Below are positions 9,172 to 19,333 of a stretch of DNA of 42,823 bases, piece after piece. Both the position numbers and the translations under genes were made by a program. Source of the DNA: Sphingomonas sp. UBA4766 (GTDB lineage: Bacteria; Pseudomonadota; Alphaproteobacteria; Sphingomonadales; Sphingomonadaceae); NCBI GenBank assembly GCA_002403415.1, contig DHHS01000171.1, positions 1 to 42,823 of the forward strand, in the 5' to 3' direction. The notes beneath the pieces are model-generated. The model made no database searches, was not told where the DNA came from, and saw nothing but the letters and a program-made list of their open reading frames with translations. Numbering within the stretch: position 1 is the stretch's first letter; each line of letters starts with the position of its first letter.

Positions 9172-11286
9172 TCAAAAGTCGACCGACAGCGTCGCCTCAA
9201 TGGTGCGCGGCGTGCCATAGGTGACACGGCTCGCCCCAAAAGCGTCAAAGGCGAAACTGTCGGTCAAATTCTTGGCATTAATCGCCAGCCGCCAATGCCT
9301 GACCCGATAGGAAAGCACTGCGTCAATGCTGGTATAGCCCGGCACGAACAGCGTGTTGGCGCTGGTTACCGGTCGCCGGTCGACGACATAAACACCTCCG
9401 CCAAAGCCAAGTCCCTTAAGCGGGCCGGTTTGCACTTCGTAATTGGACCACAGGCTGGCGGAATGCGGGGAAGTGCGCAGCACCTGCTGCCCCCGCACGG
9501 CGGACTCAGTGGAGCGTGTGACGCGCGCGTCGAGATAGGCATAGCTCGCCTGGACATGCCATCCCGGCGTAACTTCGCCCGTCATCGACACCTCAATCCC
9601 GCGGCTGCGCTGCGCTCCGTCGAGCACCGAAAAGCCGATATTGTCGGGATCGGGCGTGGCGACATTGGTCTGGGTGATCTGATAAATCGCAAAATTGCCC
9701 ATGAGCTGTTTGGTCAGGCCAAGTTTTGCGCCCAGTTCAACCTGTTCGCCGCGCGTCGGGCGAAAGGGCGCGCCGGTGACGCTGCGCCCGATCTGCGGCT
9801 GAAACGATTTGCTGTAATTGGCATAAAAGCTCAGCAAGTCGCGCGCTCGATACAATAACCCGATTCGCGGGCTGAACGCGCTGCCCGATTGGGCAGTTCG
9901 GGTCGCGGCGACACGATCGCGATCGACTTGGTCGAAAATATCATAACGCCCGCCGAGAACCAGGTCGAGCCGCTGGCCAAGTCCGATACGATCCTGAACG
10001 AAAATACCCAATTCGCGCAATTTATTACCCGCATCAAACTGCCCGCCAGCCGGCCCACGCGGCGCCCCAAGGCTTGGGGTAAAAACATCGATCGGCGCGG
10101 ATGCGGCAAAATCGAGGAACAGGAAATCGGCGGTCGAATGCGACAGATCGAGCCCGGCGGTCACATTGTGCTGAATCGCCCCGGTCGCAAATTTGCCGCG
10201 CACGGTCGTCTGCATCTGATATTCGGCATAGCGATCAAACGCATCAAAGGGGAAGCGTGGCAGGGTCCGGCCATCGGCCTCCAGAGCTCCCGGAAGTTCC
10301 GCCTCGCGGACGTCATAGGCGGTGGTGACGAACCGGAACGAGCTGCGGATCGACCAGTCGGGATCAATTTCATGAGCGAAGCGAAACCCGATGCGATACT
10401 GTTCGACATCGACGCCGCCCGTGTTGACGTTGCGTTCGCGGGGAATGCGGCCATTGGGATTGGGCAGGATCGTGCCCCGAGCAGGCAGGCCGAAATTCTG
10501 CCGGTCAAGTTCAAGCAGCCGGTATGATCCCTCCACCGTCAGGCGGGTGCGGTCGCCCAGGTTGACGCTCGCCGCCGGGGTGATGACCGAATTGCGCGTA
10601 TTCGCGCCTTCGAGAAAGGAGCCCTGGTCGCGAAACGACGCGCTGAGCCGATAGGCGAGTTGGCTTTGCGGATCGATCGGCCCGGTTAGATCTGCTTCGA
10701 CGCGGTATAAATCAAACGCGCCGATCGTCGTGGTCAGAAAATAGCCGGGCCGCGCCTCGGGCTGGCGCGAAATGAAATTGATCGTGCCGCCGGGCGATGA
10801 ATTGCCAAACAGGAGTGAAGCAGGGCCAAGCAACAGCTCGATACGATCAATGCCGGTCAGGTCCGGCCCCAGATTGGCGGCCGGCCCATTCCCAACCTTT
10901 GACAAGAGCCCATCAAGCGCGGTGGGGGCGAAAAAGCCGCGGACTTGCACCCGCACCCCGTCGAAATTGACCGGCGCCGAATTGCGCACGCTCGGCAGAT
11001 TGGCAAGCGCCGAAAATGTGTCCGCGCGCTGATCGCGCAGCAACTGTTCGGTCAACACCTGCACCGATTGGGGCGTGTCGAACAAAGTGCCGCCGTCGCG
11101 GGTCGAAATCGCACGATCAGCAAGATAGCTTTCGTTGCGCCCGGTCACGACGATATCATCGCGGTCCGGTGCACGGGCATCTCGCCCGTGCTCTGGTGTC
11201 ACTGTCTGCGCCGCAAGCGGTCCCGCGCCAGCAAGGCCCCCCCCTACCAACGCGCCCAAGAGACAGAACGTCCGCAAACCCAGCAT
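9172..11286 (-). CDS. TonB-dependent siderophore receptor
   Basis: Signal peptide, DIVVTG TonB-box region, TPQSVQV, RIELLLGPASLLFG...PGGTIN plug motif, terminal ...KNLTD...GTPRTIEATLSVDF with C-terminal Phe. Confidence 0.93.
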   Translation of the reverse strand: MLGLRTFCLLGALVGGGLAGAGPLAAQTVTPEHGRDARAPDRDDIVVTGRNESYLADRAISTRDGGTLFDTPQSVQVLTEQLLRDQRADTFSALANLPSVRNSAPVNFDGVRVQVRGFFAPTALDGLLSKVGNGPAANLGPDLTGIDRIELLLGPASLLFGNSSPGGTINFISRQPEARPGYFLTTTIGAFDLYRVEADLTGPIDPQSQLAYRLSASFRDQGSFLEGANTRNSVITPAASVNLGDRTRLTVEGSYRLLELDRQNFGLPARGTILPNPNGRIPRERNVNTGGVDVEQYRIGFRFAHEIDPDWSIRSSFRFVTTAYDVREAELPGALEADGRTLPRFPFDAFDRYAEYQMQTTVRGKFATGAIQHNVTAGLDLSHSTADFLFLDFAASAPIDVFTPSLGAPRGPAGGQFDAGNKLRELGIFVQDRIGLGQRLDLVLGGRYDIFDQVDRDRVAATRTAQSGSAFSPRIGLLYRARDLLSFYANYSKSFQPQIGRSVTGAPFRPTRGEQVELGAKLGLTKQLMGNFAIYQITQTNVATPDPDNIGFSVLDGAQRSRGIEVSMTGEVTPGWHVQASYAYLDARVTRSTESAVRGQQVLRTSPHSASLWSNYEVQTGPLKGLGFGGGVYVVDRRPVTSANTLFVPGYTSIDAVLSYRVRHWRLAINAKNLTDSFAFDAFGASRVTYGTPRTIEATLSVDF

Positions 11287-11342
11287 CAGTGCGCTACCCC
11301 GTGTCGATATCCTTACGCAGGACTGAGGCCGCTCCTAATGCT

Positions 11343-11361
11343 AATGAGATCGATTCGCAAT
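11343..11361. promoter_or_regulatory. Fur-box-like iron-responsive operator
   Basis: 19-bp AATGAGATCGATTCGCAAT, an imperfect 9-1-9 inverted repeat in an AT-rich patch ~57 bp upstream of the TonB receptor start; resembles alphaproteobacterial Fur boxes. Confidence 0.65.
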
Positions 11362-11559
11362 ATCATTTAGGCGGCGTGGTCAATTAGACCCAGCGCCCCT
11401 GTGGTGGCCATTAGACGCATCGCATTTGCGCGATCTGGGTTAGCCGCCAATGCCGGGTTTGCGGCAGTCCAGCCATGATTGGGGTCGAATCACGCTCGCG
11501 ACCGATGCGCAGCACGATCGTCGCCAACTGGGCACGCGACCCGGATCGGATTGCGGAAA

Positions 11560-12030
11560 TCAGGTCGAAAGATGATCGGGCGCATTCCCCGTCGCCGTCC
11601 AATATCGCCCAAGGCCGATCCGGTCGGTAAGCGCGGAGAAGCCCGCCAACCGCCACAGCGGCGCGGCGGGCGGGGCGAACAGAAACGCGGTGTATCGCCG
11701 CGCAAGCTGCGGCTGCGCGGTGTTCACCGGGATGGTGTAATAGTCATTCAGCCGTGCCAGCACCGTCTCAACCTGCCCTGAGGCACAGCATAGCCAGACA
11801 AATTGATCCACGGCGTCGGACTTCAGTCGGTCCAGCGCCGCGCCGGCGTCCGCAGCGCGGCCACTGCTCAGCGCCTTGGCGGCCAGCAATGCCTTTTCAA
11901 TTGCACCAGGGGGCGCGCCGAAAGGATGGGCCTTCTGATTCGCGATCATCAACCCTGCTTCGTCGGGGCGGCCCGCAAATGTCAGGAAGTGGCATCGCGC
12001 AAACCAGAGGCGCGGGTGAGCGTGCAGCAA
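11560..12030 (-). pseudogene. 3' remnant of a TPR-containing (winged-helix/TIR-type) sphingomonad regulator
   Basis: HPRLWFAR...TAFLFAPPAAPLWR...FSALTDRIGLGRYW...PD resembles the C-terminus of these larger proteins. No SD or credible start; in-frame stop 10 codons upstream. Confidence 0.5.
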
Positions 12031-12432
12031 CTGCTGGCGCTGATCGCCGACCCGACGTTAGAAGATGATCTAGGCCGATATGCCGATATCGCCTGTAGCC
12101 AAGTCGAGGCACTTGGAGACGTGGAGGCGACGCAGGCACCGCGTGAGGTCTGCGCCAATGTGGGTGACGCAGCGGACGGCAGAGCTCATGCTATTGCGAT
12201 GCTCGGGCAATGGCTGCGCGATGTCATTCCCACGCAGCCGGTCCATCCTGCATGGGTCGCAGTGAGGCTGGTCTGGTACTACCGCTCGAACCTGCGGAAA
12301 GCGGATTATGCCCGTATCCCGCTAGCGCTGATCGCAGCACGGAAGGAAATCGAAGGTTGGTATCGCGTCGAAACGGTGCGCGGTCGGAAAATGACGTTCT
12401 ACCAGCGGCCAGCCCCTCCGTTGGATTTGTGA
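12017..12432 (+). pseudogene. Probable 3' remnant of a hypothetical protein
   Basis: Protein-like stretch (QQLLALIADPTLEDDLGRYADIAC...VWYYRSNLRKADYARIP...PAPPLDL*) starts where the opposite-strand remnant breaks off; no SD. Confidence 0.35.
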
Positions 12433-12677
12433 CGCGCGCGACAAACCCGCCAACTTAAAAAATTGGGATCCGTCGTGAACGGGAGGTAGGCCGGGATAGG
12501 CGGTGCATTCTCGAAGCTATCCCCCCCGGGTCCCGCCAATTTCGCTTCGGGTCCCTTTCGCTTTTCTTTGGCGAAGCACGAACGACGAGTCGTCCTTTGC
12601 AGCGTCAGGTTTTTTGGGGAGCGATTATGGGAACAATCCTCAAGGAAGTAATTTTATCTAATAAAATCAATGACGTA

Positions 12678-12768
12678 TGGCGGAGCGGGAGGGATTCGAA
12701 CCCTCGATACGCTTTTGACGTATACTCACTTTCCAGGCGAGCGCCTTCGACCACTCGGCCACCGCTCC
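12678..12768 (-). tRNA. tRNA-Ser(GGA)
   Basis: Minus strand GGAGCGG...CCGCTCC-G-CCA; anticodon arm CTCGC-CTGGAAA-GTGAG; long variable arm; GGTTCGAATCC T-loop. Confidence 0.97.
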
Positions 12769-12845
12769 GCATGCTTGGCAAGGCCGCGAGCCCTAGCCCG
12801 ACACACGCCCTTCCGCAAGCAGCACCGGCATGTCATGATGTCGCG

Positions 12846-13775
12846 ATGATCCGATCGCCCCTGCTCCCCCGCGCCACCCGCTTTGCCGCTGCTCTGATGG
12901 TCCCGCTGCTCAGCGCCGCATCCGACTCGCCCCCGCCTCAGGCCGCGCCGCGGCCAAGCACCGCCGATATCTTGAAAAGCGCCCCCGCCGACGCCTGGGC
13001 CACGATCGCTGCCGACGACCTGCTGCTGATCGACATGGCCGATGGGCGGCGCGTGACCATCTGGTTGGCGAGCGGCTATGCGCCCGTTCATGTCGCCAAT
13101 ATCCGCACGATCGCGCGCAGCGGTTGGTGGCGCGATTCCTGGATTTACCGGGTGCAGGACAATTATGTGACGCAGTGGGGTGACCCGACCGAAAAAAGGG
13201 CGCCGCCGCCGGGGATCAACACCGCGCCACCCGCCGAATATGATTGGCCCGCAGCCAAATCGGGCGTGACCCGCAACCCCTTCCCCGATGCCTATGCGCG
13301 GCAAACCGGATTCAGCGATGATGGCTGGCCGATTGCGGGCGATGGCAAGCGCCAATGGCTGCCGCATTGCTATGGCGCGGTCGGCGTGTCGCGCAATCTG
13401 GCACCCGACACCGGGACTGGCACCGATCTTTACACCGTTATCGGCCATGCGCCGCGCCATCTTGACCGCAACATTGCGCTGGTCGGCCGCGTGATTGACG
13501 GAATGGCGGCGCTGTCGGCGCTGCCGCGCGGCACCGGTGGCGGCCTGGGCCTTTATGAGGATGCAAAGCTGTATGTGCCGATCGCGCAGGTGCGGCTGGC
13601 AAGCGACTTGGCCGTCGCCGAACAGCCGCGCTGGGAGCATCTGAAGCCCCGCACGCCGTCCTTTGCTGCCTATCGCGACAGCCGGGCCAATCGCCAGCCG
13701 CCCTTTTTCACCGTCCCGGCAAGAGCGGCGGACCTGTGCAACATTCCGGTGCCGGTGCGGCGGGTGGGGAGCTAG
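12846..13775 (+). CDS. Cyclophilin-type peptidyl-prolyl isomerase, exported
   Basis: APVHVANI, YRVQDNYVTQWGD, HCYGAVGVSR and GHAPRHLDRNIALVGRVIDGM motifs; signal-like N-terminus from ATG 12846. Confidence 0.88.
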   Translation: MIRSPLLPRATRFAAALMVPLLSAASDSPPPQAAPRPSTADILKSAPADAWATIAADDLLLIDMADGRRVTIWLASGYAPVHVANIRTIARSGWWRDSWIYRVQDNYVTQWGDPTEKRAPPPGINTAPPAEYDWPAAKSGVTRNPFPDAYARQTGFSDDGWPIAGDGKRQWLPHCYGAVGVSRNLAPDTGTGTDLYTVIGHAPRHLDRNIALVGRVIDGMAALSALPRGTGGGLGLYEDAKLYVPIAQVRLASDLAVAEQPRWEHLKPRTPSFAAYRDSRANRQPPFFTVPARAADLCNIPVPVRRVGS

Positions 13776-14368
13776 CGCCCGACCCAGGCGGCGATGTCGG
13801 CCGCCACGCGGTTGGCCGCGCGGTTGAGCGCAAGGCCCGCCGCCGCCGCCGTAACGACGGGCATCGGCTCCCGCGCTTCGAACCGGCGTTTCTCGATCGT
13901 CTTTTGCCCGTCGCGCACCAGCACCGCCTCGAATACAACCACCGCCTGATCCGTCGCGGCATCGACGCCAAAGGTCCGCAATTCACCCGACAATCGCGCG
14001 CCGCCATCGCCAAAGCTATTCTGCGGTGACAGCACCACCCGCCCGGCCTGCGCGGCCAAGGTATCGGCCAACACCCGCACAAACAGCCGCGCGGGCGGCT
14101 CTGCCCAGACGGCGCCCTTGACATAGGCGATGCTGGTAGCCCCCGTCATCACCGGCACGCGCGGCCCGGCAATCGCGGCGGGCGTCACCGGCGTCTGGAG
14201 CGCAATCGTGCGTGCGGTGCGCGAATCAAGCGTTACCCCCGCCGCCGGACTGGCCGAGGACGCAAGCGTGAGCAGCATCGCGGGCGGCTTGCCCGCCAGG
14301 CTGATACACCCCGCCAGCGGCGCCAGGGCCACCACGCCCAAGAGACGGATCAGGGATCGCAGCATCAT
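13772..14368 (-). CDS. ABC-type transport auxiliary lipoprotein (PqiC family)
   Basis: Lipobox LAGC; YVKGAVWAEPPARL and LSGELRTFG motifs; last gene of the MCE operon. Confidence 0.88.
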   Translation of the reverse strand: MMLRSLIRLLGVVALAPLAGCISLAGKPPAMLLTLASSASPAAGVTLDSRTARTIALQTPVTPAAIAGPRVPVMTGATSIAYVKGAVWAEPPARLFVRVLADTLAAQAGRVVLSPQNSFGDGGARLSGELRTFGVDAATDQAVVVFEAVLVRDGQKTIEKRRFEAREPMPVVTAAAAGLALNRAANRVAADIAAWVGR

Positions 14369-14373
14369 CGGCC

Positions 14374-15336
14374 TCACTTCCGGGGCTTGTAATCGGGGAG
14401 TTTGGGCTGACCGAGCAGTGCGCCAGCGCCATCGCGGTCGATCTTTTCGGCGACACTGGTCAGCGCTGCCGACATAATCCGCAAATCGCGCACCAGCTGC
14501 CCGATTTCGGGAACGGTCTGCTTGCTGAACGCCTGCACGCCGGGCCGCGCATCCTGCACCAGCCCATCGACCGAGGCGAGGCTTTGCTGCGCGGTGTCGA
14601 GCGCCTTGATCAACTTGCCACTCGCCGGTTTCAGATCGGCAACCGCGCCGTTCGTCGTCTCGGCAAGGGCGGCAATCTGGTCCGCCGCCGCGCCCACTTT
14701 CTGGAGCGTCACGCGCGTCTCGGCAAGCGTCTGACCAATGCCCGGCGACTGATCGGCAAGCGCGCGGGTCAGCCGGTCGGTGTTGGTCAGGATATTGGCC
14801 AGCGAACGGCTATTCTGATCGCTTACCAATTCGGTAACCTTGGCGGTCAGCGTTGACAGCCGCTGGAGCAATTCGGGCGCTGAACTTAGCAGCGCGCCCA
14901 GCCCGCCCTGCCGCGTCGGGATGACGGGCACACCATAGGGGCAGGAACGTTCGGCCTTGGTGGCCGGGCACGCAATCGGCGGCGCGCCGCGGATCGCGCC
15001 GTCCAGTTGCACGGTGCTTGGCCCGGTAAAGCTGCCCTGAACATAGGCGGCAGTCCCCTCCAGTATCGGGGTGTCGTTGTTCACGCGAATGCGCACGCGC
15101 ACAAATTGCGGATCATCCTTGAACAGCGAGATCTGCACCACCTGCCCCGATGGCACGCCCGAATAGCCAACCTCAGACCCCTTGCTCAGCCCGCCGACCG
15201 ATTGCTTGAAGAAAATGTCATATTCCTTCTCCGACGTGCCGTTCAACCGCGCGAGCCACACGAAAAACAGCGCGAGCATTACCAGCAACAGCAGCACGAC
15301 GGCGCCGACAAAAACATGGTTCGAGCGCGTTTCCAT
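14374..15336 (-). CDS. mlaD: MlaD/MCE family protein
   Basis: METRSNHVFVG, single TM, SVGGLSKGSEVGYSGVPSGQV MCE motif, helical tail. Confidence 0.9.
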   Translation of the reverse strand: METRSNHVFVGAVVLLLLVMLALFFVWLARLNGTSEKEYDIFFKQSVGGLSKGSEVGYSGVPSGQVVQISLFKDDPQFVRVRIRVNNDTPILEGTAAYVQGSFTGPSTVQLDGAIRGAPPIACPATKAERSCPYGVPVIPTRQGGLGALLSSAPELLQRLSTLTAKVTELVSDQNSRSLANILTNTDRLTRALADQSPGIGQTLAETRVTLQKVGAAADQIAALAETTNGAVADLKPASGKLIKALDTAQQSLASVDGLVQDARPGVQAFSKQTVPEIGQLVRDLRIMSAALTSVAEKIDRDGAGALLGQPKLPDYKPRK

Positions 15337-16148
15337 CAGTGGCCTGCCCCTTGCTTGGCGGGTGGTGCGGTGTGGTGACCAACGGCGCTGGCGGTTGCCG
15401 CCCGCCCGCGCGGTCCGCGAAAATAGGACTGAATCCACGGATGATCCAGCGCCAGCAATTCCTCAATCGTCCCCACCGCAATCACTCGCCGATCCGCCAG
15501 CACCGCCACCCGATCGCAAATCGCGTAGAGCGTATCAAGATCATGGGTAATGAGGAATACGGTCAGGCCCAATGTCTGCTGCAGCGCGCGGGTCAGGTCG
15601 TCAAAGCCCGCCGCGCCAATCGGGTCGAGCCCTGCCGTCGGCTCGTCAAGAAACAGCAATTCCGGATCAAGCGCGAGCGCGCGCGCCAACCCTGCCCGCT
15701 TGCGCATCCCGCCCGACAGTTCCGCCGGATATTTGGGCCCAGCATCGGGCGGCAGACCAGTCATCACCACTTTATACGCGGCGATTTCATCGAGCAGCGC
15801 CTGGCTAAGGCCCGGATAAAATTCGCGCAGCGGCACCTGGACATTTTCCGCAACCGTCAGCGTTGAAAACAGCGCGCCGCCCTGAAACAACACTCCCCAG
15901 CGGCGGCGGATGTCGACGCTGCCATGGTCCTCGCGGCGCAGGGTCGAGCTGCCAAACACGCTGACATCGCCCGCATCGGGGTGCTGCAACCCGATGATCG
16001 AGCGCATCAGCACTGACTTGCCCGTGCCCGATCCGCCGACCACGCCCAAAATCTCGCCGCGCCGCACGTCGAGGTTCAGCCCGTCATGGACAATCTGCTC
16101 CCCAAAGCTGGTGCACAGCCCGCGCACGCTGATGATGGTGTCGGCCAT
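15336..16148 (-). CDS. mlaF: ABC transporter ATP-binding protein (MlaF family)
   Basis: GGSGTGKS, FQGGALF, LSGGMRKRAGLARA, LFLDEPTAGLDP and ITHD motifs. Confidence 0.92.
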   Translation of the reverse strand: MADTIISVRGLCTSFGEQIVHDGLNLDVRRGEILGVVGGSGTGKSVLMRSIIGLQHPDAGDVSVFGSSTLRREDHGSVDIRRRWGVLFQGGALFSTLTVAENVQVPLREFYPGLSQALLDEIAAYKVVMTGLPPDAGPKYPAELSGGMRKRAGLARALALDPELLFLDEPTAGLDPIGAAGFDDLTRALQQTLGLTVFLITHDLDTLYAICDRVAVLADRRVIAVGTIEELLALDHPWIQSYFRGPRGRAATASAVGHHTAPPAKQGAGH

Positions 16149-17257
16149 CAGTTCCAGCCGACCCAAGTAAAAAACACCGCGAAAAAAGCGTCGAGCACGA
16201 TCACCAGGAAAATCGCCTGCACCACCGCCGATGTCGTGCGCGTGCCGACCGCCTCGGCGCTGCCCTCCACCTGCATGCCCTGGAAACAGCCGGCAATCGC
16301 GATGATCGCGCCGAACACCGGCGCTTTCACCAGCCCGACATAAAGGTCGGTAATCGGCACCACTTCGCGCAGTCGCTGAATGAAGGTGTCGGGCGGAATG
16401 TCGAGCGACACCCAGCACAACAACCCGCCTCCCACAATCGCGATCAACGAAGCGTAAAAGCCGAGCAGCGGCATCATCAGCACGGCGGCCAGCACGCGCG
16501 GCAGCACCAGCGCCTCAATCGGCGACACGCCGATCGTGCGCATCGCGTCAATCTCCTCGGTCAGCTTCATCGTGCCTAGCTGCGCGGCAAAGGCCGATCC
16601 CGATCGCCCTGCCACCATGATCGCCGTCATCAGCACGCCCAACTCGCGCAGGGTAATCCGCCCGACCAGATTGATCGTGAATACCTCGGCCCCGAATTGC
16701 TTCAGCTGCACCGCGCCCTGCTGGGCAATCACGATCCCGATCAGGAAGCTCATCAACCCGATAATGCCCAGCGCGCGGATGCCCACCACTTCGAATCGTT
16801 GCACCGTTGCATTGAACCGAAAGCGCGAGGGGTGGCGGACGACGTTGCCAAACGCGATCGCGGTGGCCCCGAAAAAGCCGAGCAACCCGTAAAGCGTGCG
16901 CAGCGCGCCCAGCACCGCCTCACCAATTTCGGCGAGCAAATGAAGCGCGGGATGCGCGCGTTCGGGGCGCATTGCGACATGCTGATCCGCGGCGGCAACC
17001 TGACGCAGCAAATGCGCGGCGTCATCGCTCAACCCCTCGATCGCGGCGCCTTGTTCAGCGGCAAAGCGCTGGACCAGCCAGGCGCCCACCGTGTCGATCC
17101 GTTCGATCGCGCTCAGGTCGAGCCGCACCACCCCGCCCGATTGGGTGCGTAGCCGTTCGGGAAAATCGCCGAGATTGGCCAGCGTCAACCGCCCCGAAAA
17201 GCGCAACATGTCGCCCCCGTTGCTGGTTTCACGCACGAAATCGGCTCTGGCTCTCAT
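16148..17257 (-). CDS. mlaE: MlaE family ABC permease with N-terminal STAS-like domain
   Basis: RELGVLMTAIMVAGRSGSAFAAQLGTMKLTEEIDAMRTIG motif; LDLSAIERIDTVGA STAS-like N-terminus. Confidence 0.92.
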   Translation of the reverse strand: MRARADFVRETSNGGDMLRFSGRLTLANLGDFPERLRTQSGGVVRLDLSAIERIDTVGAWLVQRFAAEQGAAIEGLSDDAAHLLRQVAAADQHVAMRPERAHPALHLLAEIGEAVLGALRTLYGLLGFFGATAIAFGNVVRHPSRFRFNATVQRFEVVGIRALGIIGLMSFLIGIVIAQQGAVQLKQFGAEVFTINLVGRITLRELGVLMTAIMVAGRSGSAFAAQLGTMKLTEEIDAMRTIGVSPIEALVLPRVLAAVLMMPLLGFYASLIAIVGGGLLCWVSLDIPPDTFIQRLREVVPITDLYVGLVKAPVFGAIIAIAGCFQGMQVEGSAEAVGTRTTSAVVQAIFLVIVLDAFFAVFFTWVGWN

Positions 17258-17323
17258 TGGCAATGTTCTTGCGGCAATCGCGCCGCATCGGCAAGCATAT
17301 ACCCGTCCCAAGGAAGATCCATA

Positions 17324-17980
17324 ATGCGCATCGCCATTTACGACATGGACAAGACAATCACCCGCCGCCCCACCTGGACGCGGTTCCTGATCCATTATGC
17401 GCGCCACCACGCGCCGCACCGGCTTATCCTGTTGCCCGCCGCCGGCGCGCTGGCGCTCGGGCATCCGCTGCGGCTGATCGGGCGGAGTAAGCTGAAAAAA
17501 ACGACGCACCGGCTGCTAATCGGCGCGCGCACCCCGGCGGCGCGGCTGGCGCGTGCGGCGGCGAGCTTTGCCCGGCGAGAGCGGCTGTTCCCCGCTGCAT
17601 TGGCGCAGATCGCGGCGGACCGCGCGGCGGGATACTCGATCGTCATCGCCACCGCCTCGCCCCGTTTTTATGCAGAGGCGATTGCGGCGGCGGTCGGCGC
17701 TAATGCCGTGATCGCGACCGAGACGGTGCAGGACGCCGAAGGGCGCGTCCTCCCGCGCCTTGCCAGCGACAATTGCTATGGCACAGAAAAGCTTGCGCGG
17801 ATCACCGCATGGCTGGCGTCAGCGGGCAAGGCGCGCGACGCGGTGCAGGTGCGCTTTTATTCCGACCATATTTCGGATGCGCCGACGCTGGATTGGGCGG
17901 ACGAGGCGTTTGTCATCAATCCCGGCGCCGCGCTCGCCCGCCTCGCAGATGCAAAGGGGTGGCAGCGCCTGCGCTGGTAA
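17324..17980 (+). CDS. HAD-IB family hydrolase (phosphoserine phosphatase-like)
   Basis: YDMDKT motif I, ATAS motif II, NCYGTEK and FYSDHISDAP motifs. Confidence 0.9.
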   Translation: MRIAIYDMDKTITRRPTWTRFLIHYARHHAPHRLILLPAAGALALGHPLRLIGRSKLKKTTHRLLIGARTPAARLARAAASFARRERLFPAALAQIAADRAAGYSIVIATASPRFYAEAIAAAVGANAVIATETVQDAEGRVLPRLASDNCYGTEKLARITAWLASAGKARDAVQVRFYSDHISDAPTLDWADEAFVINPGAALARLADAKGWQRLRW

Positions 17981-17985
17981 GCCCG

Positions 17986-19278
17986 TCACAATGCCAGGTC
18001 GATTGCGTGGAGCGCGACGCCGACCAACCCGCCGACGAGCGTGCCGTTGATACGGATATACTGGAGGTCGCGCCCCACCGCATTTTCCAGCCGCCGGGTG
18101 ATCGTGCGGGTGTCCCACCCCCGGATCGTCTCCGACACCAGCCGGACAATGCCGCTGCCATAATCGGCTGCCAGTCCCACGGTCGCGCGGCGGACAAAGC
18201 GGTTGATCGTCGCACGCAACGTCACACTCTCGCTCATCGTTTGCCCAAGCTGTTGCAACGCCTCTGCCAGCGCGCCCGCCGATCGCGCCTCTGGATCGCG
18301 AACGTGGCGCAGCATCGATTGCCGCGCCGATTCCCACAGCCCGTCGAGCCAGCGCTGCATCGCCGGATTGTCGATGATATCGAGCTTCAGCGCTTCTACC
18401 CGTGCGCGCATCTCAGGATCGAACTGGAGGTCGGCGGCCAGCGCCACCAGCCCCTCTTCGGCGCGGGCACGCAGCGGATGGTTCGGATCATCGGCCATAT
18501 CGCCCAGCATCTGGTCGAGCCCATCGATAATCTTGTTGGCAACCGTCTCGTCCAGTCCGGTCCAGCGCATCAACGTGCCCGAGCGTTCATGCACCATCGC
18601 GCGGATATTGGCCTCATTCGCGCGGAGCAGCGCACCGCCCCAACGGATCAGGCCATTAAGCAAGGGGATGTGCCGGTCCTTGGCAATCGCCGCCTCCAAC
18701 GCTTGCCCAAGCAGCGGCGAAATCTCCAGCGCGCGCAGGCGATTCGCGACGCTTGCCTTTACCATGCCGCCCAGCCGTTGCTGATCGAATGCGTCGAGCA
18801 TCGCGGCGAGCAGCCGCCCCGCGCCGCGCCCGATCCGTCCATCGCGGCTGCCCGGTTGCGCGAGCCACCGCCCCGCCGCGGCTGCCATGTCGATCCGGTG
18901 CATCCGCCGCGCGACGACTGCGGGCACCAGGAAATTGTCGCGCAGAAAATTGGCAAGCGTATCGCCAATCCGGTCCTTGTTCCGCGGCACAATCGCGGTG
19001 TGGGGAATGGGCAGGCCCAGCGGATGGCGGAACAACGCGGTTACCGCGAACCAGTCAGCCAGCCCGCCAACCATCGCGGCCTCGGCAAAGGCGCGCGCAA
19101 AGCCGATCGAGGGGTGGACGGGGCCAATCCAACGCGTCGCCAGAAACACTGCCGCCATCGCCAGTAACAGCCCACCCGCGATGATCCGCATCCGCACCAG
19201 CGCGCGCGGTGGCGCCAGCCGGTCGGCAGCAGGGTTGGCCGGGCGGGTGGCCGGGCGGTCAGCAGGGCGCAGGCTCAT
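17986..19278 (-). CDS. DUF445 family membrane protein
   Basis: AEAAMVGGLADWFAVTALFRHPLGLPIPHTAI and VGRDLQYIRINGTLVGG motifs. Confidence 0.92.
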   Translation of the reverse strand: MSLRPADRPATRPANPAADRLAPPRALVRMRIIAGGLLLAMAAVFLATRWIGPVHPSIGFARAFAEAAMVGGLADWFAVTALFRHPLGLPIPHTAIVPRNKDRIGDTLANFLRDNFLVPAVVARRMHRIDMAAAAGRWLAQPGSRDGRIGRGAGRLLAAMLDAFDQQRLGGMVKASVANRLRALEISPLLGQALEAAIAKDRHIPLLNGLIRWGGALLRANEANIRAMVHERSGTLMRWTGLDETVANKIIDGLDQMLGDMADDPNHPLRARAEEGLVALAADLQFDPEMRARVEALKLDIIDNPAMQRWLDGLWESARQSMLRHVRDPEARSAGALAEALQQLGQTMSESVTLRATINRFVRRATVGLAADYGSGIVRLVSETIRGWDTRTITRRLENAVGRDLQYIRINGTLVGGLVGVALHAIDLAL

Positions 19279-19333
19279 GGCCGGGGGCACGCGCCCCGCA
19301 CTTGCCCCTTAACGGGCGAGGGCGCGATCGGCC

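Noticed and set aside
12597-12845. N-terminal extension of the PPIase ORF given in the track
   Set aside because: It runs antisense through tRNA-Ser; promoter and signal peptide point to ATG 12846.
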